Positions 1 to 7,183 are shown, numbered from the stretch's first letter. The stretch: 14,449 nt of DNA from an uncultured Phycisphaerales bacterium (GCA_938084645.1 CALKEP010000031.1:1-14449), one strand, 5' to 3'. Translations and numbers: made by a program. Notes: generated by a model not told the origin, from the letters alone.

Positions 1-414
1 GTTACCACCGAAGTTGGGGTCGAGGCCGGTACCGGCACCCGCACCGGGAGCCTGCTCGGGGAGCAGGGTGTCCTGAGTGAAGCCACCGATGGTGACGAAC
101 GAGTCGGCGAGCCGCAGGGCCGGGGTGTCGAAGATGCCACCCAGGTTGTTGGGCTGCCAACCGGTGCCGGTGGTGCTCTGGAAGTAGGTGACCTGCGCGG
201 ACTCGACGAGCTGGAGGTTGTAGACGTTGAGTGCAACGTCGGCCCCGTTGTCGCTGAGCAGGTAGAGGTCGGAGACGTTGACGGTGACCGAAGCCCCGCC
301 GAAGTCTTCGGCCGTGACAGAGTAGTCGTAGGTGACGGCACCAGTGATGTCGGCCGCGGCACCCGCGGCAAGCATCATGGCAACACCTGAGCCAAGAATC
401 ATGGAAGTGCGCAT
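1..414 (-). CDS. Secreted/surface protein of unknown function, paralog of 1005..1727 (3' end beyond window; probably PEP-CTERM-like)
   Basis: Manual translation from ATG at 414, open to the window edge: MRTSMILGSGVAMMLAAGAAADITGAVTYDYSVTAEDFGGASVTVNVSDLYLLSDNGADVALNVYNLQLVESAQVTYFQSTTGTGWQPNNLGGIFDTPALRLADSFVTIGGFTQDTLLPEQAPGAGAGTGLDPNFGGN. It has a Sec-type signal peptide ending AAA|D, an AGGAG Shine-Dalgarno at 426-430 and gapless similarity to the 1005..1727 protein. Confidence 0.9.
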   Translation of the reverse strand, partial: MRTSMILGSGVAMMLAAGAAADITGAVTYDYSVTAEDFGGASVTVNVSDLYLLSDNGADVALNVYNLQLVESAQVTYFQSTTGTGWQPNNLGGIFDTPALRLADSFVTIGGFTQDTLLPEQAPGAGAGTGLDPNFGGN

Positions 415-430
415 TTCTTTTTCTTCTCCT
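415..430 (-). promoter_or_regulatory. Ribosome binding site of the 1..414 gene
   Basis: Minus strand reads AGGAG-AAGAAAAAGAA-ATG: an SD motif plus an A-rich spacer. Confidence 0.7.
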
Positions 431-448
431 TGGGAAGAGGGAATCTTG

Positions 449-490
449 TGCCACGAGGAACGAAAAGAGGGGTGTCGTGGCATCACCCCT
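449..490 (-). promoter_or_regulatory. Putative structured 5' leader (hairpin/pseudoknot or attenuator) or operator
   Basis: 7-bp stem AGGGGTG/CACCCCT (490-484 / 474-468) followed by CTTTT. The loop TGCCACGA is perfectly complementary to TCGTGGCA at 456-449. Confidence 0.4.
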
Positions 491-950
491 GGCCAGGAAT
501 GTTCCCCCGAAATGACTTCCAGACGCGTTACCCGACGGAGATGAGACCGTCTGGTGCTTCAATTCTCCACGGTGATGAATCGCGGGGAACTGAAAACGAA
601 TGACTCTTCCAGAGGGCACGCGTGTCCGCGAACGGGCACGCATCCGGTCGAGTCGGCCGAAGTACTCCGAACGAGAAGGGCACATCTCGTCGTGATGGAG
701 TGCTCCTGCCAGAAGCAGGCGTCGACCCTCGCTGATCAAGGTGAGAATCGACTTCCTCATCCTCTGTGATTCCAAACTGAATGCAAGCGATTGGTCCGCA
801 GGTGAGCAAAAAGGGTCTTGAGATATACACGTGTTTGCCGGTTATAGGACGTTTTTTCACCCGCGAAATGGTCCGGATACCGCCTCTTGGATCACGCAGG
901 AGGGTCCATGCATGAAGACGCTGCCTCCTCACAGAACCGGTCTTCCCTCG

Positions 951-997
951 CTCCGGGAGTTCGACGTGGCATACTCGTGCCAAAGCGACTCCCGGAG
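951..997 (+). promoter_or_regulatory. Stem-loop occluding the SD of the 1005..1727 gene
   Basis: CTCCGGGAGT (951-960) pairs perfectly with ACTCCCGGAG (988-997), which contains the SD GGAG (994-997). There is an inner stem TGGCA/TGCCA (967-971 / 978-982). Confidence 0.5.
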
Positions 998-1004
998 ATT
1001 CCAG

Positions 1005-1727
1005 ATGACCTTGAGAACGCTCGCCCTCGCCACCATCCCGACCGCGGCGTTCCTCGCGACGACGACGGACGCCGACATCACTGGCGCTTTCTCGTACGAC
1101 TCCTCCGTCACGGCTCAGGACTTCGGCGGCGGGGAGATCACGGTGTTCGTCCAGGACCTCTACTTCATCTCGAACGATCCGAACGACGTGGTGCTCGGCG
1201 CCTTCGATCTGTTGCTCGAACCATCGGCGCAGATCGATTACTACCAGGCGCCGGGCGGCCTCGGATGGGCGCCCTCCAACATCGGTGGTCCCTTCGACAC
1301 GGATTCGGTGCGACGGGCCGATTCGTTCGTCACGATCGGTGGGTTCGGCGACGACGCCTCGACACCGCTTCAGATTCCAGGGGCGGGCGCGAACACCGGA
1401 CTTGGTTCCGGTTTTGAAGATCCTGACGCACCGTATCCCGGCTTCGCGGCCGGCTGGTTCGATGAATCCTCATCGACACCAGCGGGCAGGGTGCACGACA
1501 CCCCCCTCGGAACGCTGGGGACGTTCGTCGGCCGCTTCTCCTACACCTTCGACGGAAACCCATGGGAATCCACCCTGTACAAGTCGAGAATCTCCGCGAC
1601 CTGGAACCAGGGCGTCGAAACACCGGTCGAGTCCCAGTCGTTCCTGATCAACTGGATTCCCTCGCCCGCGACGCTGGGGGTCTTCGCACTCGCCGGAGTG
1701 CGACGTTCATCCCGACGCCGAGGTTGA
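1005..1727 (+). CDS. Secreted surface protein with PEP-CTERM-like C-terminal sorting signal (240 aa)
   Basis: Start moved from 831 to ATG 1005 (GGAG 7 nt upstream). Signal peptide MTLRTLALATIPTAAFLATTTDA|D. Acidic, Gly/Ser/Thr/aromatic-rich body. The C-terminus IPSPATLGVFALAGVRRSSRRRG has a Pro motif, hydrophobic stretch and Arg cluster. Confidence 0.85.
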   Translation: MTLRTLALATIPTAAFLATTTDADITGAFSYDSSVTAQDFGGGEITVFVQDLYFISNDPNDVVLGAFDLLLEPSAQIDYYQAPGGLGWAPSNIGGPFDTDSVRRADSFVTIGGFGDDASTPLQIPGAGANTGLGSGFEDPDAPYPGFAAGWFDESSSTPAGRVHDTPLGTLGTFVGRFSYTFDGNPWESTLYKSRISATWNQGVETPVESQSFLINWIPSPATLGVFALAGVRRSSRRRG

Positions 1728-1757
1728 GTTCTTCCGAAATCCCCGCGGGATCCCGAC

Positions 1758-1793
1758 AAGAAACCGCGGGAGGCGACGAAGTCGCCTCCCGCG
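1758..1793 (-). terminator. Rho-independent terminator of ppdK (hairpin lies between convergent genes, may be bidirectional)
   Basis: Perfect 13-bp stem CGCGGGAGGCGAC-GAA-GTCGCCTCCCGCG (1765-1793). On the minus strand it is followed by GTTTCTT. Confidence 0.8.
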
Positions 1794-1835
1794 AGGTTCG
1801 GTGTGGAGCAGGGTCCGCGTGGAAGCGGTGTCGGT

Positions 1836-4574
1836 TCAGAGGACCGCCTGGGCGGCGGCGAGCCGAGCCACCGGCACCCGGAACGGTGAACAACTGACAT
1901 AGTCGAGTCCGACCTGTTCGCAGAACGCGATCGAGGCCGGGTCGCCGCCGTGCTCACCGCAGATCCCCAGCTTGAGTCCGGGCACCGTCGCTCGACCTTC
2001 GCGGCAGGCGATGTCCACGAGCCGGCCGACACCGGTGGTGTCGATGGACTGGAACGGATCCTTCTCGAGGATGTCGCTGCTCACGTACTCCGGGAGGAAG
2101 ACACCCGCATCGTCCCGGCTGTAGCCGAACGCCATCTGCGTGAGATCGTTGGTCCCGAAGCTGAAGAAGTCGGCGACCTCCGCGACCTCGCCGGCGGTCA
2201 GGGCCGCCCGCGGAATCTCGATCATGGTGCCGACCGGGATGTCGAGCTTCCCGGTGTACTTCTTCTCCTTCTTGACCGTCGCGATGGTCTCGAGGATGAG
2301 CTCCCGGAGGATCTCGAGTTCCCGGCGAGTGCCGATGAGCGGGACCATGATCTCCGGTCGGGCCTTCACGCCCTTCTTGAGGCACTGGATCGTCGCTTCG
2401 GTGATCGCGCGGGCCTGCATGGTGGCGATCTCGGGGTAGGTGATCGCAAGCCGGCAGCCGCGGTGGCCGAGCATCGGGTTCATCTCGTGGAGCATCGAGA
2501 CCCGACGCTTGACCTCGGAGAACGAGACACCGAGATCCTTCGCCATCGCCTTCTGTGCATCGACCTCGTGGGGCAGGAACTCGTGCAGCGGCGGATCGAG
2601 CAGCCGGACCGTGACCGGGAGCCCCTTCATGGCGGTGAAGATGCCGGCGAAGTCCTTCCGCTGGTACGGAAGGAGCTTCTTGAGGGCCTTTTCGCGGGCG
2701 ATCGTGGTGTCCGCGAGGATCATCTCCCGCATCGCCTTGATCCGGTCCCCTTCGAAGAACATGTGCTCGGTCCGGCAGAGGCCGATGCCGATGGCACCGA
2801 ACTCCCGGGCACGCTTCGCGTCCTTGGGGGTGTCCGCATTCGTCCGGACGCCCATTCGGGCGACGTCGTCGGCCCACTTGAGGACCGTCGCGAGATCACC
2901 CGAGACCTTGCTCGGAACGACCCGTTCGATCTCACCGATCATCACTTCGCCGGTGGCACCGTCGATCGAGAGGACGGACTTTCGATCGTAGGTCTTCCCA
3001 TCAACCGTGATCCGTCCCTTCGCGGCGTCGATCGAGATCTCACCCGCGCCGGCGACGCAGCACTTGCCCCAGCCTCGGGCGACGACCGCCGCATGGCTCG
3101 TCATGCCACCCGTCGAGGTCAGGATGCCCGCGGCACTGTGCATGCCGTCGACGTCCTCCGGCGAGGTCTCCTTGCGGACGAGCAGGACCTGCTCGCCGTT
3201 GCGGGAGCGCTCGACCGCCTCCTCCGCCGTGAACGCGAGCTTGCCGCTCGCGGCACCGGGAGACGCGGGAAGCCCGCGGGCGATGGTGGTCGCGGACGCC
3301 TTGGCCTTGGCCGGGAAACTGGGAAGCAGGAGCTGCGTGAGGTCGTTGGCGGGAATCCGCTTCAGCGCGACCTTCCGGGTGATCAGCCGCTCCTTGACCA
3401 TGTCGACCGCCATCTTCACCGCGGCCGCACCGGTCCGCTTCCCGTTCCGGGTCTGCAGCATGTAGAGCTTGCCGCGCTCGATGGTGAACTCGATGTCCTG
3501 CATGTCCTTGTAGTGCTTCTCGAGCTTGATCCGGATGCGATCGAGCTCCTTCGCCACGCGGGCGTTCCACTTCGCCATCGCCGCGAGCGGCTCCGGCGTC
3601 CGAATGCCCGCGACCACGTCCTCGCCCTGGGCGTTGATGAGGAACTCGCCGTAGAAGTAGTTCCGACCGGTCGAGGGATCACGGGTGAACGCGACCCCGG
3701 TTCCGGAGTCCTCGCCCATGTTTCCGAAGACCATCGCCTGGACGTTGACCGCGGTTCCGTTCAACCCGCTGATCTCGTTGATCCGGCGGTAGGAGATCGC
3801 CCGATCGCTGTGCCAGCTCTTGAAGACCGCCTCGACCGCGAGCTCGAGCTGCTTGAAGGGGTCGCTCGGGAACTCGGCGCCGACGTGCTGCTTGTAGACC
3901 GCCTTGTAGGCGGTGCAGAGATCACGAAGGCCCTCGGCCGGGACGTCGGTGTCCTCGGTCACGCCGAGGTTTCGCTTGATCTTGTCGAACGCGGCTTCGA
4001 AGTGATGATGGTCGACGCCCATGACGACGTCGCCGTACATGTTGATGAGGCGGCGATAGGCGTCCCAGGCGAATCGCTCGTTCCCGGTCAGCGTGGCGAG
4101 GCCTTCGACGGATCGATCGTTCAGACCGAGGTTGAGCACCGTGTCCATCATGCCGGGCATGGAGACCGCGGCACCGGAGCGGACCGAGACCAGCAGCGGA
4201 TCGGAGGTCGACCCGAACTTCTTGCCGGTCTCCTGCTCGAGCTTCCGCACGTTGCGTCGGATCTGATCCGAGAGCCCCTCGGGGAAGCGACCGCCCACGT
4301 CGTAGTAGGCCTCGCAGCTGTTGGTGGTGATCGTGAAGCCCGCGGGGACCGGGAGTCCGATCGACGTCATGTCCGCGAGGTTCGCACCCTTGCCGCCGAG
4401 CAGCGTCTTCTGCGACGCCTTGCCTTCGGTCCGGGTGCCACCGAAGAAGTAGACCATCTTCGCGGGCCGCTTCGACGTCGCTGCGCTCTTGCGCCGGGGC
4501 GTCGCCTTCTTGCGGGAGGAGGTGCTGGGGGAGGTCGTCTTGCGAGCGCGTGAGGTCTTCTTGGTCGTGGCCAT
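1836..4574 (-). CDS. ppdK: Pyruvate, phosphate dikinase
   Basis: 912 aa with LLGGKGANLA, PLLVSVRSGA..SMPGMMDTVLNLG, catalytic His motif GGMTSHAAVVARG, GIGLCRTEHMF, FFSFGTNDLTQ and GICGEHGGDP. Confidence 0.98.
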   Translation of the reverse strand: MATTKKTSRARKTTSPSTSSRKKATPRRKSAATSKRPAKMVYFFGGTRTEGKASQKTLLGGKGANLADMTSIGLPVPAGFTITTNSCEAYYDVGGRFPEGLSDQIRRNVRKLEQETGKKFGSTSDPLLVSVRSGAAVSMPGMMDTVLNLGLNDRSVEGLATLTGNERFAWDAYRRLINMYGDVVMGVDHHHFEAAFDKIKRNLGVTEDTDVPAEGLRDLCTAYKAVYKQHVGAEFPSDPFKQLELAVEAVFKSWHSDRAISYRRINEISGLNGTAVNVQAMVFGNMGEDSGTGVAFTRDPSTGRNYFYGEFLINAQGEDVVAGIRTPEPLAAMAKWNARVAKELDRIRIKLEKHYKDMQDIEFTIERGKLYMLQTRNGKRTGAAAVKMAVDMVKERLITRKVALKRIPANDLTQLLLPSFPAKAKASATTIARGLPASPGAASGKLAFTAEEAVERSRNGEQVLLVRKETSPEDVDGMHSAAGILTSTGGMTSHAAVVARGWGKCCVAGAGEISIDAAKGRITVDGKTYDRKSVLSIDGATGEVMIGEIERVVPSKVSGDLATVLKWADDVARMGVRTNADTPKDAKRAREFGAIGIGLCRTEHMFFEGDRIKAMREMILADTTIAREKALKKLLPYQRKDFAGIFTAMKGLPVTVRLLDPPLHEFLPHEVDAQKAMAKDLGVSFSEVKRRVSMLHEMNPMLGHRGCRLAITYPEIATMQARAITEATIQCLKKGVKARPEIMVPLIGTRRELEILRELILETIATVKKEKKYTGKLDIPVGTMIEIPRAALTAGEVAEVADFFSFGTNDLTQMAFGYSRDDAGVFLPEYVSSDILEKDPFQSIDTTGVGRLVDIACREGRATVPGLKLGICGEHGGDPASIAFCEQVGLDYVSCSPFRVPVARLAAAQAVL

Positions 4575-4703
4575 CGGGATTTTGGTCCGTCGCTGCGCGG
4601 TCCGGCGTCGAGCCGGCCCACAAGTAATTGGATCGAGAAGTGTAGTCGCAACGCCAAAAACGCGAAGGCGTCACGGAGGAAACGGGTAGCCTGAACACCA
4701 TTC

Positions 4704-6050
4704 ATGACACGAACGTCCACCATCCCGTCCACCCCGATCCCCGGCGCCCCGGACGCGAGCGCCGCCTTGCTCGCCGCCTGGCCCCGGGACCGCCCCCTCG
4801 CGATGCTCGCATCGCATGGTGAAAGCCCGTTCGCACGGTTCTCATTCGCCGCATCACCGGTCTCGGAACACCAACTCCGGGGTCCGGAGACCATCGAGAC
4901 CCTCCGCCGAACACTTGCAGGGCCGGCATCGGGTCCGGATCCGGACGCCGAACCGCTCCCGACCGGGCGGGGGTATTTCGTGGTGCTGGGCTACGATCTG
5001 TTCCGACACCTCGAACCGACCGCCGTCGCTCCGGCCCCGCCACTCGACGATCGCCAGTGGCCCGACGCGGTCCTGCTGCGGTGCGAAGGTGGCCTGCTCC
5101 ATCACGCGGGTTCCACCGAAGTCCGCGGCGATCCCGCCCGGGTCCCCGATCTCGAACCCAGGGTCCTTCCCGATCCCGTCGTCCACGGTCTTCACCCCGA
5201 TCCGGGTGACGTCGACTACCGACGCGACGTCGCTCGGGTGATCGAACACGTCCACGCCGGCGACTGCTTCCAGGTGAACCTAGCGCAGCGGTTCGGCTCC
5301 CGCTTCCGCGGCTCGGTCCGCAGCCTTGCCGCCCTCGCCTTCGAGGCCGCGGCACCACGGTACGGCGCGATGCTCGAGTGCGGACCCGGTCGCGCCATCG
5401 TCTCGATGAGCCCCGAGCTCTTTCTCGAGACGACCCCCGGTCCCGACGGCGTCGCGGTCCGAACCCGCCCCATCAAGGGGACGCGACCGTCCTCCCGGTC
5501 GATCGAGGAGTTGCAAGGAAGCGAGAAGGACGCCGCCGAGCTCCACATGATCGTCGACCTGATGCGCAACGATCTTGGACGGGTCTGTCGGATCGGCTCC
5601 GTCCGCGTGAGTCAGCCCCGGACCATCGAGTCCCATCCCACGGTGCATCACGGGGTGGCCGAGATCACCGGCGTGCTTCGTCCGGAGCTCGGGATCGCGG
5701 ATCTCGTGCTCGCGGCGTTCCCCCCGGGATCGGTGACGGGGGCCCCGAAGGTCCAGGCGATGCGGATCATCGACGAACTCGAACCCGTCAGGCGAGGCCC
5801 CTACTGCGGCGCCGTGGGCTGGATCGACGATTCCGGCTATGCGGTGCTCAACGTCGCGATCCGGACCATCACCGCGACCGGGACGCCGCTGGAGGGATGC
5901 GACGAACTCGACGGCCACCTCGATTACTTCGCCGGATGCGGCATCGTCGCGGAGTCGGATCCCGAAGCGGAGTTTCTCGAGAGCCTCGACAAGACGGAGG
6001 TCTTCCGTCGCGCGATCGAAAACGCGTCCTTCGCTTCGACGAATCGATGA
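4704..6050 (+). CDS. pabB: Aminodeoxychorismate synthase component I / anthranilate synthase component I family
   Basis: Chorismate-binding motifs GDCFQVNL, SPELFL, RPIKGT (Lys of PIKGT typical of PabB rather than TrpE PIAGT), ELHMIVDLMRNDLGR, FPPGSVTGAPK, RGPYCGAVG and GCGIVAESDP. Confidence 0.85.
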   Translation: MTRTSTIPSTPIPGAPDASAALLAAWPRDRPLAMLASHGESPFARFSFAASPVSEHQLRGPETIETLRRTLAGPASGPDPDAEPLPTGRGYFVVLGYDLFRHLEPTAVAPAPPLDDRQWPDAVLLRCEGGLLHHAGSTEVRGDPARVPDLEPRVLPDPVVHGLHPDPGDVDYRRDVARVIEHVHAGDCFQVNLAQRFGSRFRGSVRSLAALAFEAAAPRYGAMLECGPGRAIVSMSPELFLETTPGPDGVAVRTRPIKGTRPSSRSIEELQGSEKDAAELHMIVDLMRNDLGRVCRIGSVRVSQPRTIESHPTVHHGVAEITGVLRPELGIADLVLAAFPPGSVTGAPKVQAMRIIDELEPVRRGPYCGAVGWIDDSGYAVLNVAIRTITATGTPLEGCDELDGHLDYFAGCGIVAESDPEAEFLESLDKTEVFRRAIENASFASTNR

Positions 6051-6062
6051 CCGATTCCGACG

Positions 6063-6956
6063 TCAGCCGATTCGACCGGCGTCGCGCTGGTCTCGAGCCT
6101 GCCGCTGGAGCTCCTGCTGCCGGTCGATGTACTCGAGAATCAGGTCGGCGACCTGCGACTCGTGTCCGGGGTTGAAGCTGAAGTCGAACGCGATGCCGAC
6201 GTAGGTCCGCTGGGACGAGTCGATGTGCGTGTGCACGACCTTGCCCGAGGCGCAGAGCGGAACCGGGATGTCGGGTTTCAGCGACAGTCGCAGCCAGAAG
6301 ATCCGATGCCGTCCGACCGCGGCGGCGTTTTCGTGATCGACCACGAGCCCGACGCCTCCGCCGCCGAGGTTGGCGAGATCGGCGGTGAACTTGGGACCGA
6401 CCACCGGCATCACGGCGTCGGAGAGGAGATCATCCGCGTCGACCGACTCGCCCTTTCGCCAGGAATCGAAGGCCAGCTCCGTCGCGCGCTCGCCCGGGAT
6501 CACGGACTTGGGATCCAGCAGCGGCCAGATTTCGACGCTCGGGAGGGTGACCCCCTGCGTGTCGACCCGGACTCGTCGACGCTTCGAGCGGCTGACCTCG
6601 GTGGGCATCTTCAATCGGAGCCCACGGGGGCTCCCCGGCCCACCGGCGACTTCGCCCATGTTGTGCGTTCGGAAGGTCCAGCGGTTCTGCCCGATGGCGA
6701 TCGCGGCGACGAGCTCCGTCCCGACGTCGATACCGACTTCGCGGCCGAGGGTGACCGGGAACTCCACCCCGATCTCCTCTTCGGTCAACTTCTGCACCTT
6801 CACACGCCAGACGAGATCGGGCCCCGTCGCGTGGAGGGATGGATCCGTCTCGCCGCGTTCGGGGTGTGCGATCGCGAATTCGATCGCGCCGCCGCGCTCG
6901 TAGATCTGCTGGAGGAGCTTTCGCCAATCATGCGTTCTGCTTCGTGATGCCGGCAC
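6063..6956 (-). CDS. PilZ/YcgR-like (flagellar-brake-like) putative c-di-GMP binding protein
   Basis: GTG start. N-terminal beta-rich domain ending LRLKMPTEV, then RSKRRRVRV (RxxxR-like), later NLGGGGVGL ((D/N)xSxxG-like) and ASGKVVH...YVGIAF, typical of a PilZ barrel. Confidence 0.65.
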   Translation of the reverse strand: MPASRSRTHDWRKLLQQIYERGGAIEFAIAHPERGETDPSLHATGPDLVWRVKVQKLTEEEIGVEFPVTLGREVGIDVGTELVAAIAIGQNRWTFRTHNMGEVAGGPGSPRGLRLKMPTEVSRSKRRRVRVDTQGVTLPSVEIWPLLDPKSVIPGERATELAFDSWRKGESVDADDLLSDAVMPVVGPKFTADLANLGGGGVGLVVDHENAAAVGRHRIFWLRLSLKPDIPVPLCASGKVVHTHIDSSQRTYVGIAFDFSFNPGHESQVADLILEYIDRQQELQRQARDQRDAGRIG

Positions 6957-7183
6957 GCCGGACGCTCGCTTTCACGTGTTGTTGTTCGATCGGAGATCAG
7001 ATGCCCGCGATGGGGCCTTCCCGGAACGGACGATCGCTCCGGTCGGAACGGATCCGATGGAGACTTCACCACCCGGGTCATCGTCCAGAAACAGATACGA
7101 AGGCCAGCGTGATTCGGATCCGCCCGGGAAGGTTAGCACTCCCGATCCGCATGATCCGAACGAGCGGCAGGAACTCGTCGAAA

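Noticed and set aside
505..620. Glycine, c-di-GMP or other known riboswitch (repeated TCTGGAAG on minus strand)
   Set aside because: Remaining consensus elements (e.g. CCGAAG, CUCUCAGG, GCAAA..GCAAAG) not found.
2..775. 257-aa minus-strand ORF from the track
   Set aside because: Wrong frame: Arg/His-rich nonsense. The real gene is the overlapping frame 1..414 with signal peptide, SD and paralogy.
818..848. Sigma-70-like promoter (TTGAGA...GTTATAGG; TATAAC on minus)
   Set aside because: Matches and spacing are too imperfect to assign direction or position without TSS data.
967..982. Canonical sigma-54 promoter TGGCATACTCGTGC
   Set aside because: Spacing is GG-N9-GC on both strands, not the required N10. 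Kept only as a shared-motif observation.
831..1004. N-terminal 58 codons of the 831..1727 ORF
   Set aside because: The signal peptide and SD point to ATG 1005. The upstream part is not protein-like and overlaps regulatory hairpins.
1950..4553. 867-aa plus-strand ORF antisense to ppdK
   Set aside because: Typical high-GC shadow ORF caused by codon bias of the real gene; no recognisable motifs.
7133..7141. CIRCE half-site TTAGCACTC
   Set aside because: The second half (GAGTGCTAA after N9) is absent and there is no chaperone gene nearby.
6957..7183. Riboswitch/sRNA or small ORF in the 227-bp gap upstream of the PilZ-like gene
   Set aside because: Only short weak stems and scattered GGATC words. 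No recognisable aptamer consensus, and the ORFs lack coding character.
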